A DNA stretch of 64,000 nt from an uncultured virus (IMG/VR IMGVR_UViG_3300035208_003515) (Duplodnaviria; Heunggongvirae; Uroviricota; Caudoviricetes), in IMG/VR virus record IMGVR_UViG_3300035208_003515; one strand, 5' to 3'. A program made the translations under genes and the position numbers. A model generated the notes under the pieces. It was not told the DNA's origin. It was given only the letters and a program-made list of their open reading frames with translations, and made no database searches. Of this stretch, positions 31,029-41,478 are shown piece by piece. Position 1 is the first letter of the stretch, and every line of letters begins with the position of its first letter.

Positions 31029-34000
31029 GTGACATATTGAAGTCGGCTAAATCAGACGTGACAGTTGATGTTGCCCAATTAGAGAGAAGGAGGCAGGAAT
31101 TAAGCCGTCCTGACACTTATCAAGAGCCTGTACGTGATACAGGCGCAATTCAGCGAAGTGAGCAATTCAAAGAGGACAACGTACAGCTAAAGAATGGTGA
31201 GTGGATCAATAAATCCGTCTATGAAAAGTTAAGCAAAGAGGAACAGGATATCCTTATGGAGAGGGGTGTAAGTGGGTACAATGCGTATTTAGTAGACCAG
31301 GCAGATAAACAGGCAAAAGAAGCCTATGAAAAAGCACTGGCTGAGTATAACAAAGAGAAAGCTAAGTTTGAATCTGAAAACATTAAACTCAGCACGGGTG
31401 AATGGGTAACAAAAGAGAATTATAATAGCCTCCCGTCATATTTGCAACCTGAACTTGATAAAAGGGGCGTGTCTGGATTCAATACCCTTTTAAATAATCC
31501 GACTGAGTTAAACCAAATACATCAGACATACCTTAACACTGTTAAACAAGCAGAAATTAAAAATGTTAGATTACAGATACAAGAAGCTCAAAATCAGGTC
31601 AACCAGTGGCAGGTTATTGTAAACAGGAATCCTAATGATCTGAGGGCGCAAAGGACATTAGCGGATGCTATAGTACAGCGTGATAACTTGCAGTCACAAC
31701 TCAATTACATGCTTGAGCCTCCCAATCCCAAAACACTACCGAAAGTCACTGATAAGACTTCCACCACTCCAACTACTCCGGTGTTGATACCAAAAGTCGT
31801 CTTACCGTTGAATGCCACACTTGCAGAGAAGATTGCCTATAACATGGCTTTAGAAGGTTACGGGACAGGGGAGACCGTTAAAAAGGAAGGATATAGTGGG
31901 GAGAAAGTATTAGCCCAACAGCAGGCGCAGGCTATTCAATTAGCACAGATACAGGCCGGTATTTCTCCGACTATATTTGCTGAAGGGTCAGCCACTAAGT
32001 CTATTTCACAAGTTCCTGGTACTGAATATGTACAGTTAGATAATGGGTTATTAATTGCAAAAGAAGCCTTAGAGCAACTTCCAGAGGGTGTAAGGGAAGC
32101 GATTAAAGAACAGGTAGAGGGTAAAGAGACCTTTGTATTAACAAAGGATACTGGTGATAAACAATTTATAAGCCAGTCTGACCTTGCTAAATTAACAGAA
32201 AAAGAGCAGTTGGTTTTGCTGGGGAAAGATATCACAGAGATTGCAGCAGAGACTCGTCCTGGTGTTATCAGCGAAACACTCTATGATGATAAAGGCAATT
32301 TGCTATCTGAGATGTCTTTGACTTCTGTTGTACAGTCGTTAAGAGCGCAGGGTTATTCTGATATGCAAATAGCTCAGTACATTGCTAAACAGAAAGGTGA
32401 AACAGTACCAAAACCAACAGTATTTGATAGTGACGAAAAATGGAGTATATATTTAGCAAATCAAGGGCTTGATAATAAACCTTCATCTATTGCTGTTGCA
32501 AGATTATCGGAAGTTTTAGTACATGCTACTCCACTTACTACGTTGGATTCTATTCCTTCAGAGGCTCAGTCATGGCTTAGAGACACATTGGGGCTGTCGT
32601 TGCCTTCACCCGCTGAATTAAGGGAATACCAAGAGATACAAAAACTAAATCCTAATTGGAATAAAGTTGGTAATGTAGACGTATCCCCTGATGTCATGTC
32701 AGCAATGGCAAAAGCTGAATACCAAGCCAAAGATATGTTATTACTTTTAGGTATCGAAACTACTCCGCCTCCAGATATAAAAGTGCAAGGTGAAAGTTCA
32801 CCTGAGTATGCCAGATGGGCTGCATTGCAGGGCATAAAAGCTGTAGCTGTAGCATTATCATTTGGTGGTAGTGCTGCTGGTAATGTCGCTCTGAATAGTA
32901 CTGGGAGAATTTTGATGCCATTAGCTTTCGGTGCTGACACAGCAGTTAATTGGGACAAAATGGATACGACAGGCAAAGCCGTATCGTCTGCATTTGTGGG
33001 ATTAATGGCATTAGGAGCGGTTGGCCCTATCAAAGAAATAGTAAAAGGGATGGCTGGCAATAGGATCAGTTTACCTAAAACTGGGATGCTTCGCCCTGAA
33101 TATCAAAATACAGGTACTAAAATTGTCGCTGCTATGGATAATGTCAGGTCTAAGACTATTGAAAATGTAAAAGCTGTAGCAGGGGATGAATTAGCTGTGA
33201 AGTTTGAAAGTGCAAGTGATGATTTAGTGAAGGCGATAGAAACTAAAAATGAAGTGCAAATCAAGCAAGCAGGTAATGAATTGAAGCAGGTAGTTAAAGA
33301 TATAAAGGCTGTTGATACAACAAATTCAATGTCTACAGCCGATTATATGACTGAAGTAGATAGAATTGCGAATAAGGCAGCAAGTAAGCCATTAGAAGCG
33401 GTGCAAGAGGTACAAAGTACGACTAATGAAGTTATAAAAGAGATTCCTAAAGCATACGATATACTTGATGATGCAGGGAAGGTTGCAGATGAGACATGGA
33501 ATAAACCCGTAGTATCTCGCATTGATGAATTAATGCAACAGGACAAATATTATAACCCTCGTGTTAGTGTATTCGAAGATGGAAATATACCCCGCAAAGG
33601 AAACCCTAATACTGCACTAAATAGTTTAGGTAGTGATGTAGAGAGCTATGTGCGCTATACGCTGGCGGATAGTGGTATTAGCATGGCGGAGATAAGTAAA
33701 TTAGAAATTAACTTTATCAAAGAAGAAGGGTTTGGAGGAAAGATAATTAAAGTAGAGATAAGTCCAATAGGATTAGAGGAAGATAAAATAGCAACTTTAG
33801 TTGCTCAAAGGGGAGTAAGGATTGATCCATATGACGAAAGGATATGGATTGAACTAAGACAACCAGAGATAGAACCTAAAGGGTATGCTCCTTCTTTAGA
33901 GGAGAATTTACCCCCGCCTGAATCTTTAGAAAGACCAGAGTGGCAAGGGAAAGGTGGTGGAGCAACAAGTGGTAAACCTCCTGAACCTACTACCGTAGAG

Positions 34001-35236
34001 ACAAGAACCATTAAGTATAAAGCGATTGATCCTAAAACTGGAGAAAGCCTTACTGTAGCTAAAGAAGTGCCAGTCGAAAGAAAACCAGAGGTGGCTGTAA
34101 AAGAAAGGATAGATGTGGATACAATACTTGAAGATATACAAAAAGAAAAACTGACACCTGAAGAAAAGGCAAAATTAAAGGAATTAATTAAAGAAAAAGA
34201 AATACCAAAAGATGAAGCAAAGCAACTACGTAAATTGGCTGAAAAGATAGCTAAAGGTGAAACTGAGTTCACAGAAGAAGAATTACAGTTACAAGCCAAT
34301 TTTAGTAAGGAATTAGAAGAGATATTATCTTCGATTAGATTTATTAAACCTAAAGGTGCAGCTATTTTAGAAGCAAAAGAGATAAAGCCTACGACCCCTA
34401 AAGAATTCAAAGTAGGGAAAACTAAACCAGTAGAGGTTGCAACAAGTACAATAGTTACCGAACCTTCAATATCTCCGGCAACTCGTGCTTCTTATCTTGC
34501 AGTAGCAAAACCATCTCCTATCCCGTTTGAATATGCCACGCCTGCACCTGCACCTGCACCTGCACCTGCACCTGCACCTGCGCCAGCACCTGCGCCTGCA
34601 CCTGCACCTGCGCCAGCACCTGCGCCAGCACCTGCACCTGCACCAGCACCTGCGCCAGCACCTGCACCTGCACCAGCACCTGCGCCAGCACCTGCACCTG
34701 CACCAGCACCAGCACCTGCACCTGCGCCAGCACCTGCACCTGCACCTGCACCTGCGCCAGCACCTGCACCTGCGCCAGCACCTGCACCTGCGCCATTCCA
34801 AATGATTACTCTTAAAATACCCCCTCTTGAAAAACCGCCTACGAAGACACCCCCAATTATAATAATAAAAACACCAAAGGGTGATAAAGAATTAACCCAA
34901 GAACAAAGGGATAGCGCAATTGCATGGAAGCAAGGATTTATATATATCATGCTCTATGCTCCGTGGGGTCAGGGAGATGTTATATATTCACGCAAGCCAT
35001 TACCAGGAGTAAAATACTATAAGGGCGTAGGATCAGCAGCAGCATCAATTATTTCCAAGTATGGAGATATCCCCGTCCATATAAAAAGAGACATGGGTAT
35101 AGTCGATATCAATATATACAGAACAGCCAATAAACGTAAACCAAAGATACAATTTAAGCCGGACAGTAAACAAAAGACCAAATACTCAGGTGTAGTCACA
35201 AGTCAAATAAATACATCAAAAGGCGGTGAATTATGA
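31025..35236 (+). CDS. 1403-aa protein with internal repeats, central hydrophobic segments and a (PA)42 tract
   Basis: Repeated N(V/I)xLxxGEW unit; hydrophobic stretch near the middle; Pro-Ala repeat; basic C-terminal domain. Confidence 0.75.
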   Translation: MSDILKSAKSDVTVDVAQLERRRQELSRPDTYQEPVRDTGAIQRSEQFKEDNVQLKNGEWINKSVYEKLSKEEQDILMERGVSGYNAYLVDQADKQAKEAYEKALAEYNKEKAKFESENIKLSTGEWVTKENYNSLPSYLQPELDKRGVSGFNTLLNNPTELNQIHQTYLNTVKQAEIKNVRLQIQEAQNQVNQWQVIVNRNPNDLRAQRTLADAIVQRDNLQSQLNYMLEPPNPKTLPKVTDKTSTTPTTPVLIPKVVLPLNATLAEKIAYNMALEGYGTGETVKKEGYSGEKVLAQQQAQAIQLAQIQAGISPTIFAEGSATKSISQVPGTEYVQLDNGLLIAKEALEQLPEGVREAIKEQVEGKETFVLTKDTGDKQFISQSDLAKLTEKEQLVLLGKDITEIAAETRPGVISETLYDDKGNLLSEMSLTSVVQSLRAQGYSDMQIAQYIAKQKGETVPKPTVFDSDEKWSIYLANQGLDNKPSSIAVARLSEVLVHATPLTTLDSIPSEAQSWLRDTLGLSLPSPAELREYQEIQKLNPNWNKVGNVDVSPDVMSAMAKAEYQAKDMLLLLGIETTPPPDIKVQGESSPEYARWAALQGIKAVAVALSFGGSAAGNVALNSTGRILMPLAFGADTAVNWDKMDTTGKAVSSAFVGLMALGAVGPIKEIVKGMAGNRISLPKTGMLRPEYQNTGTKIVAAMDNVRSKTIENVKAVAGDELAVKFESASDDLVKAIETKNEVQIKQAGNELKQVVKDIKAVDTTNSMSTADYMTEVDRIANKAASKPLEAVQEVQSTTNEVIKEIPKAYDILDDAGKVADETWNKPVVSRIDELMQQDKYYNPRVSVFEDGNIPRKGNPNTALNSLGSDVESYVRYTLADSGISMAEISKLEINFIKEEGFGGKIIKVEISPIGLEEDKIATLVAQRGVRIDPYDERIWIELRQPEIEPKGYAPSLEENLPPPESLERPEWQGKGGGATSGKPPEPTTVETRTIKYKAIDPKTGESLTVAKEVPVERKPEVAVKERIDVDTILEDIQKEKLTPEEKAKLKELIKEKEIPKDEAKQLRKLAEKIAKGETEFTEEELQLQANFSKELEEILSSIRFIKPKGAAILEAKEIKPTTPKEFKVGKTKPVEVATSTIVTEPSISPATRASYLAVAKPSPIPFEYATPAPAPAPAPAPAPAPAPAPAPAPAPAPAPAPAPAPAPAPAPAPAPAPAPAPAPAPAPAPAPAPAPAPAPAPAPAPAPAPAPAPAPFQMITLKIPPLEKPPTKTPPIIIIKTPKGDKELTQEQRDSAIAWKQGFIYIMLYAPWGQGDVIYSRKPLPGVKYYKGVGSAAASIISKYGDIPVHIKRDMGIVDINIYRTANKRKPKIQFKPDSKQKTKYSGVVTSQINTSKGGEL
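34541..34795 (+). repeat. Coding tandem repeat CC(T/A)GC(A/G), 85 codons = (Pro-Ala)42-Pro
   Basis: Directly visible 6-bp repeat with synonymous variation. Confidence 0.95.
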
Positions 35237-35610
35237 AAAAAAGGCTCGAAGATTTACTGGCATGGTGCAAAAGTAAAGATATAAAAGTCACTTTTGTAGA
35301 CTCACGTACCTTGAAGGACTATGCGGGCATGAATCCAGCCATTGCTAAGAAGATGGGCTTTACTAACATTGAGAAGAACGAGATTTTGATTGATGTAGAG
35401 CTACCAGAGGATACCCAGTTTAAAAACCTGATACATGAGCTTATTGAACAGGAATTGATGCGAGATGGAGATTCTTACTGGGAAGCACATAAAAAATCTT
35501 TAGCTGCGGAAAAGTGGGCTATAGGGAAGGTTAAGAAGTTCGTGGTAAAACGGAAGGGCAAAGCTCCGCTAAAGAGTGTCAGAATAAACGTCAGCAGGAG
35601 AGGCAAATGA
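35233..35610 (+). CDS. Hypothetical protein with zincin-like HExxE motif
   Basis: LIHELIE...YWEAH. Confidence 0.5.
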   Translation: MKKRLEDLLAWCKSKDIKVTFVDSRTLKDYAGMNPAIAKKMGFTNIEKNEILIDVELPEDTQFKNLIHELIEQELMRDGDSYWEAHKKSLAAEKWAIGKVKKFVVKRKGKAPLKSVRINVSRRGK

Positions 35611-35798
35611 TATATATTGATACTCGTGATACTTTGAAACAAGCGAGAAAAGTAGCAGCATCATTGAAAAAGAAGCATCCTGAATCTCGGCCTGTCATTA
35701 AAAAGGAAAGAGGTGAGCCTACAGTATGGACAGGGCTTAAATTTGTCCCTTCAATGTTTGAAAGTAAAAAGTATGTCTATAATATCTACGATAGGTAA
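35607..35798 (+). CDS. Small basic protein
   Basis: TLKQARKVAASLKKKHP resembles the other small basic paralogs. Confidence 0.6.
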   Translation: MIYIDTRDTLKQARKVAASLKKKHPESRPVIKKERGEPTVWTGLKFVPSMFESKKYVYNIYDR

Positions 35799-35801
35799 CT
35801 T

Positions 35802-37115
35802 ATGAAACAGCTTCTGTTCGTTCTATTTGCGTTTATAGTGGTATTTGCCTCTTGTCTCCCTCTAATTGAACCGGCCACTATGTCCGACCAGTCAGGGACA
35901 CTGGATATATCTAAGACAATTACACTGGCTGGTGATATAGTTATGATCCCAGGAGCTACCGTGGATGGAGTGGATATCTCTACCATCGGAGGTGCATCTC
36001 ACGCTCAAGGGACAGACACTACACTTGGAATACAGACAGCAGATGCTAACTGGGGTGGATTTGATATTACCAATGTAGGCCTCGTAGATGGAGTAGATAT
36101 CTCAGCCTCAGTCCATGCACAGAATACTGACTGGACACTATTAAATGCCACCGGAGGCGTAAACCTAATTCATAACGGCTATATAGCCAGCGACTTGAGG
36201 ACGGATAGATGGTCACTCAATGATGATAATACATTGTTCGGCGTTGATGTGGCAGGGGGTTTGGGTGGACTGACCGGTGATATGAACACTGCCTATGGTA
36301 CTCAAGCTATGTATAGTATCACTTCAGGAGATGCAAACACAGCCGTAGGGTGGAGATCACAGAGAGGACTTACAGATGGTGATTTCAATACAGCAATAGG
36401 GGAGCAGTCACTTACAGCACTAACTACAGGACATGGCAATACGGCTGTAGGAGTATCTACACTTGCTTCAGTAACTACCACAGGTTATAACACAGGTGTT
36501 GGTGCAGACGTATTATGGAATGCTACCAGCGCATATAACACAGGGGTAGGGGCTTTTTCCGGCGCAGCCGTAGTAGATGGCGGCTACAATACCTATTTGG
36601 GTTACGATGCTGGAAACGATAATGTCAGTGGTGACAATAACGTAGCCATAGGCGCACATGCAGGCCACACTAACACCGGATCAGGCAATGTATTCTTAGG
36701 TTATAAAGCAGGAGAAGATAGTGGAGCGGTCAGTAACACACTTTGGATTGATAATTCAGACGATACCACTCCCCTAATCTATGGGGATTTTTCGACTGAT
36801 AAAGTCACAATCAATAATACTCTGGTAGTAAATGGTTCATTTAACTATGGTGCAGATGCAGAGGCCTCTGATGCCTATGTGGTTACAATTACAGGGATAA
36901 CAGCCTACACTATAGGGCTTCCGGTATATTTCAAGGCAAACACGGCTAACACAGGGGCGTGTACTCTAAATATCAATTCATTAGGGGCAATATCATTGAA
37001 ATCAAAAGGTGGGTCGTCTGATCCTGAGAATAATTATATAATAGCTAATGAAATAGTACATTGTGTCTACGATGGCACTAATTTTCAAATAATAAATCCT
37101 GATGCGGAGCCTTAA
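35802..37115 (+). CDS. Fibre/adhesin-like protein with Gly-Asn-Thr-Ala repeats, possible lipoprotein
   Basis: N-terminal FAS-C; ~14-aa NTA(V/I)G repeats typical of beta-helical fibres; FKANTANTGACTLNIN C-terminal module. Confidence 0.7.
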   Translation: MKQLLFVLFAFIVVFASCLPLIEPATMSDQSGTLDISKTITLAGDIVMIPGATVDGVDISTIGGASHAQGTDTTLGIQTADANWGGFDITNVGLVDGVDISASVHAQNTDWTLLNATGGVNLIHNGYIASDLRTDRWSLNDDNTLFGVDVAGGLGGLTGDMNTAYGTQAMYSITSGDANTAVGWRSQRGLTDGDFNTAIGEQSLTALTTGHGNTAVGVSTLASVTTTGYNTGVGADVLWNATSAYNTGVGAFSGAAVVDGGYNTYLGYDAGNDNVSGDNNVAIGAHAGHTNTGSGNVFLGYKAGEDSGAVSNTLWIDNSDDTTPLIYGDFSTDKVTINNTLVVNGSFNYGADAEASDAYVVTITGITAYTIGLPVYFKANTANTGACTLNINSLGAISLKSKGGSSDPENNYIIANEIVHCVYDGTNFQIINPDAEP

Positions 37116-37117
37116 AA

Positions 37118-37474
37118 ATGACAAACTTTTATGCGGTATATCTATTTATAATAATATCTATTGTCCTCTTAGCTATGGGGCTTTACTTTAAAAGGGGATG
37201 GCTTCTACTCCTGGCAGCGTTGGGATGGCTATTCTCTTCTTTCTATTGTTTTACCACGGCAACAGCAACTACCCAGTATATTTACTTGTTTGGGGTCTTC
37301 TGCTTGGTGTTTGCCATAGTTTGTGTAATTATGTCGATGGGAGTTAATAAAAAGCCCAAAGAGCCGCCTCCGGCTGAAATAAGCCACTCTGATCATTTAT
37401 ACAATGAAGTAGAAAGAGTACGTAAATTAAGGGGCAAGCATTCACTTCAAAATAAGAAGGGGTTATTCGATTGA
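37118..37474 (+). CDS. Three-TM membrane protein
   Basis: Three hydrophobic segments. Confidence 0.7.
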   Translation: MTNFYAVYLFIIISIVLLAMGLYFKRGWLLLLAALGWLFSSFYCFTTATATTQYIYLFGVFCLVFAIVCVIMSMGVNKKPKEPPPAEISHSDHLYNEVERVRKLRGKHSLQNKKGLFD

Positions 37475-37773
37475 GAAATCCATTTCGGCGTGAATATTTC
37501 TATGTTGTCACCAAGTCCAAAGATGGGCGTGTGGTCGTGTGGATGAAAGAAAATTGGAAGACGGAGAGTGAAGCTAATCAGGCAGCGTTCAATGCTATCA
37601 AGGGACGCTTCTTTTTGGTAGTCAAAAAACCTTTTAAGGATACGGCTCGTGTAACTCAGGAAATGAAGTCAGCCCATCTCGAAGAGTCGGGCGATCTTGA
37701 TAGCTCAATACAGAGGGCAGTACACGATCCTAAACGATTTAAGTTTGAGGATAAAAAAGATGATGGACTATAA
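37471..37773 (+). CDS. Hypothetical protein
   Basis: ORF track; overlaps upstream stop. Confidence 0.6.
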   Translation: MRNPFRREYFYVVTKSKDGRVVVWMKENWKTESEANQAAFNAIKGRFFLVVKKPFKDTARVTQEMKSAHLEESGDLDSSIQRAVHDPKRFKFEDKKDDGL

Positions 37774-37925
37774 AACCTTAGAGCATATTGATAAGAATTT
37801 AAACGCAAAGCATTATGGTAAACACTGGGCATTATGTGGATCATTAGCCTTAGATACTTCTCAGTTGACCGAAATAAAAGAAAAAGTCACATGTCCTTAT
37901 TGCCGTGGCCTATTAGACAAACAAT

Positions 37926-37959
37926 AACTATTGATTAAAAGTAAATCAATACGTATAAT
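37926..37959 (+). promoter_or_regulatory. sigma70 promoter with AACTA-TTGA motif, ahead of the HNH gene
   Basis: AACTA-TTGATT-17-TATAAT. Confidence 0.65.
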
Positions 37960-37981
37960 AAGATACAATGCTTAATAAGAA

Positions 37982-38788
37982 ATGAAAACGTGCGCAAGAT
38001 GTAAGCAACTGTTGCCGTCAGATGCATTTGGTAAAGTTAGTAGTAGCAAGGATGGTTTATCGTGGTCGTGTAAAGGGTGTATAAAGGAACGGTTAGAAGA
38101 GCGTATTAAATCAGGCAGATATGGTGCTGCTGCTATTGTATACGCACAAACGCATATAAGTAGGGTCTGTACTAAATGCCATCGTGATTTACCTTTGAGT
38201 TCATTCTATAAAGATAGTAGGTTAAAGTCAGGATTATACTCATACTGTAAAGAATGCATGGCTAAAGCATCCGCTGATTATAGGAGAACTCCACGAGGGA
38301 AAGCATCAGCAGTTGCTATATCTCTACGATATCAGAAGACAGATAGAGGAAAAGAAATGGTGGAGAATTGGAAAAACTCAGATATTGGGAAAGCTTCTGC
38401 TAAAAAGAGAGATCATAAGTTCCGTCAGTCTAAGAAAGGGATAGCTGCACGTAAGAAGAGAGTCAAAACAGAGAAATATAAAGCAATGATGAGACGGTAT
38501 ATGCTATCTGATAAAGGCAGAGCAAAGATAGCGAGGGATCGTCACAAGCGCAGGAGTAAAACAAGATCATTGCTGGCAACACTTACTGCTGAAGAGTGGA
38601 ATAGTATCAAGGGTAGATATAAAAATAGGTGTGTTTATTGTGGTGAGAAGAAATCTTTAACAATGGATCACATCATTCCACTTAGCAAAGGTGGGACGCA
38701 TACTAAAGATAATGTTGTTCCAGCATGTGTTAGCTGTAATTCAATTAAAGGTAATAGGCCAGTTTTATTACAGTTGCTTGTGATATAA
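37982..38788 (+). CDS. HNH endonuclease with tandem Cys4 zinc fingers
   Basis: KTCARC, RVCTKC repeats; CVYCG...TMDHIIPLSKGG..DNVVPACVSCNSIK. Confidence 0.9.
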   Translation: MKTCARCKQLLPSDAFGKVSSSKDGLSWSCKGCIKERLEERIKSGRYGAAAIVYAQTHISRVCTKCHRDLPLSSFYKDSRLKSGLYSYCKECMAKASADYRRTPRGKASAVAISLRYQKTDRGKEMVENWKNSDIGKASAKKRDHKFRQSKKGIAARKKRVKTEKYKAMMRRYMLSDKGRAKIARDRHKRRSKTRSLLATLTAEEWNSIKGRYKNRCVYCGEKKSLTMDHIIPLSKGGTHTKDNVVPACVSCNSIKGNRPVLLQLLVI

Positions 38789-38822
38789 TAATATAGATTA
38801 GATAATAGGAGTCAATAAATAA

Positions 38823-39557
38823 ATGTTTAACATCCTGAAAGCAGAGATGCCAGGGATACCAGAATATTTCAATGCTACTACAATCTTAGGACTTCCCGTG
38901 GCAACTTTCGCAGTGGTACTCTTTATATCACTGATAGTTCTTGGTGCTTTAGGATTCTTTTGGTGGGATAGATACAAACTAAACAAGAATAAACAATCAA
39001 CACATAATCGGGTAGTGGTTGTTATTATGAGCGAAGGTGGTGGACGTGTACGCCGTGAACTATGTGAAGTCTATAAAATGGAAGCCAAGAAAATAGAGAC
39101 ACGTAGCAGGGCGACCTTCATGGCTTCGGCCTACGTCAAGCCAGTACATGGAAGCATGGACGCATATTATTGTTTGCCCGAACACGACTACTTAGATGCT
39201 TGGCCTATTAATGCAAGGCCAGCACAGCAGGTCATACTACAGACATATTATTTCAAAGAAAATGATCCTTGCCCTCAAATGCCACACGACCCAAGCTCTT
39301 GGGACACGGAAAGGTATGTAAGGATAACCTCTGCCATCGCTAAACTTGCCAAAGATGAGAGTAATTTGCAAGTGTTGGTATCAGAAATGTCTGGTGTGTG
39401 GCAGAATATAGCTGACTTTGTAAAGAAGTTGAGTTTAATTCAGATACTCTTATATATGGTAGGAGCTGACATACTTTTAGATTTATTCAATGCGTTTATG
39501 GGTTTTCAAAGCAGTAATGGAATATCACAGTTAGTTAAGTTCTTAGTAGGCAAATAG
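38823..39557 (+). CDS. Membrane protein (N- and C-terminal TMs) in the ATPase gene block
   Basis: Hydrophobicity; AGGAG RBS. Confidence 0.7.
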   Translation: MFNILKAEMPGIPEYFNATTILGLPVATFAVVLFISLIVLGALGFFWWDRYKLNKNKQSTHNRVVVVIMSEGGGRVRRELCEVYKMEAKKIETRSRATFMASAYVKPVHGSMDAYYCLPEHDYLDAWPINARPAQQVILQTYYFKENDPCPQMPHDPSSWDTERYVRITSAIAKLAKDESNLQVLVSEMSGVWQNIADFVKKLSLIQILLYMVGADILLDLFNAFMGFQSSNGISQLVKFLVGK

Positions 39558-39559
39558 AA

Positions 39560-40102
39560 ATGAGAGAGCCACCAAAGAATCCTTTTAAAGAAGCAGAAGA
39601 GACTGAGCAGGAAGAGATGGCTTTGCCCAAAATCCCTGAACGGATAGCTACACCTGTTATGGCTTCCGAACTACCCAAAGTAGAAAAAGAGACAGTTAAG
39701 GGTAATGGGCATAACCCTGATGCTGATGAACAGGCACTCCAAGATAAGAAAGAGGAAGAACAGCAGAAAAAGGAAGAGGAGGAAGAGCTTGAGCGGATGC
39801 GGGAAGAGGCCGAAAACTCTAAAATCCCAGGCTCAGGCTACCTCTTTAATGTCAAGAAAAAACACCTTCCTGAAGCCACTCGCTTGAATGAAAGGGAAAT
39901 ATTTACCTTTGGGGTAGGCGCAGTACAGGATGCTGTGCTTGACCTTAATCGCAAGGAATCCGTGTTTGACATATTTGCTGCCAATATCTTCCGACTTAAA
40001 ATCTCAGCCGGTGGCAAAGGCCGTGAAGAAAATATCGCTGTCCGGCAGGTAGACGCTGAGGAAAAAGCCAATGCACGTAACGGAGCTATGAATGGCCTAT
40101 AA
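39560..40102 (+). CDS. Acidic hypothetical protein upstream of the ATPase
   Basis: Glu-rich N-half; overlaps ATPase start. Confidence 0.65.
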   Translation: MREPPKNPFKEAEETEQEEMALPKIPERIATPVMASELPKVEKETVKGNGHNPDADEQALQDKKEEEQQKKEEEEELERMREEAENSKIPGSGYLFNVKKKHLPEATRLNEREIFTFGVGAVQDAVLDLNRKESVFDIFAANIFRLKISAGGKGREENIAVRQVDAEEKANARNGAMNGL

Positions 40103-41105
40103 AATCCCTGAAGTGGTCATAATCCCCGACTCCAATTCTAAGAAGCTGTACGGGATTGAGCCTGTTATCATTACGAGAGAAGATATGACCTCAATATCAG
40201 GCTGGTATAAACTCGCAGTCAACCATGATATGTTCCTGAATGAAAGAGAGTTTAAAAACCGTGATACCTTTATGAAATACTGGATGATCTCAATGGGTAT
40301 GACAGAATATCCATTTATGATCTTCTATGGTAATGAAGGTGGTGGGAAGTCAATGGGGATGGCGGTTACGGCGCATCGTCTTATAAAATACTTTGGTAGG
40401 AAACCTACGCTGGACTTCACTCCACCGGAGGGCGAATACTACAGACCTTTTAATTCAGTCATAGTAAGGGAACAAGCTATAGAAGTCCTGCAAAAGATGG
40501 GCGATCCTGAAGGCAAAATCCCCAGGTATCAGGCTGAAATAGCGGAATTAAAGAAAACCCCTCCATTCTTCAACTTCTACGATGAGGACTTTGTAGAACG
40601 AATTAAGAACGAACTTGACCGGCTGCAAAGGACTGAAAAAGAACTCACCGCAAAGGGTGAGCAAGTCCCACAGGAAGAGTTTGAGAAATTAGTCATTTAT
40701 AATGCCGTGTTTGCTTTAGATGAAGGTGACTCATACGGTGATATCCAGGCACAGACTAATTTAATTAAACTGATCGGTAGGATAGCCCGCAGACGTAGGC
40801 ACACCCACACTACTATATTAATGGCCTATGTTGATTTAAAAGACATACCGGAGAGGATTATCTTAAATAGGGCTACACATCAAGTAATGTGTGCTAAGAA
40901 CTGGGTATATGACGGATACTGTTCTTATAGAGTGACAGACGTAAGACAGGGCGGAAGTGGCGAGTCTAAGTTCATGCATTTAAAGCCTCAAGACTGTACT
41001 CACCTTTGGAATAGTCATAACTTAGTATCAATCAGTCACGATGTTGAAATAAAGTTTGGCAATAAGGGAGCAAAGAAAAAGAAAGTCTCCGTGGAGGAAA
41101 AGTAA
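40092..41105 (+). CDS. P-loop ATPase, Zot/FtsK-HerA-like morphogenesis or packaging type
   Basis: Walker A GNEGGGKS; Walker B FALDEG; RRH arginine-finger-like motif, then hydrophobic strand and DIPERI. Confidence 0.75.
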   Translation: MAYKIPEVVIIPDSNSKKLYGIEPVIITREDMTSISGWYKLAVNHDMFLNEREFKNRDTFMKYWMISMGMTEYPFMIFYGNEGGGKSMGMAVTAHRLIKYFGRKPTLDFTPPEGEYYRPFNSVIVREQAIEVLQKMGDPEGKIPRYQAEIAELKKTPPFFNFYDEDFVERIKNELDRLQRTEKELTAKGEQVPQEEFEKLVIYNAVFALDEGDSYGDIQAQTNLIKLIGRIARRRRHTHTTILMAYVDLKDIPERIILNRATHQVMCAKNWVYDGYCSYRVTDVRQGGSGESKFMHLKPQDCTHLWNSHNLVSISHDVEIKFGNKGAKKKKVSVEEK

Positions 41106-41106
41106 A

Positions 41107-41367
41107 ATGGGATTTTTCGATAGGATAAGTGGCGGAGGGCAAATACCCGTCCACGAAAAAGTAACCAATGTACAGATCACTCCTATAGGCGTAGAGAAAG
41201 TAGAGAAATCTTTAGCTAATGGTTTGGAGTTTGACGTTTTAGTATCTATTAAAAAGTGTCAGCCATGCTCAGTAGATGAAGTAGCCCGTGACCTTAATAG
41301 ACCGGAGAATAAGATACGGTATGTCATGCGTTGCCTAAAAAACAAAGGATGGATACAAACTTTATGA
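41107..41367 (+). CDS. Winged-helix DNA-binding protein
   Basis: SVDEVARDLNRPENKIRYVMRCLKNKGWI; start chosen at 41107 after GGAGG. Confidence 0.7.
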   Translation: MGFFDRISGGGQIPVHEKVTNVQITPIGVEKVEKSLANGLEFDVLVSIKKCQPCSVDEVARDLNRPENKIRYVMRCLKNKGWIQTL

Positions 41368-41478
41368 AAGCGTTTCTTGGCGGATTTGCTACTTTTCTTG
41401 GATACCTGTGTACCTTTGTAATTGGAGTAGGCGTAGGCTTCTTACTCTGTCTATTGGCTAAAATTTAGGAGGATCAAA

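Noticed and set aside
34466..34950. Alternative-frame and antisense ORFs (poly-RC, GA, QV, HL) over the 6-bp repeat; also considered as a CRISPR array
   Set aside because: By-products of a stop-free coding repeat; there are no spacers, and variation is synonymous in the Pro-Ala frame.
35802..37115. Fibre-like protein as evidence for a tailed phage
   Set aside because: It has an N-terminal membrane/lipoprotein signal, and no tail, baseplate, portal or terminase genes accompany it.
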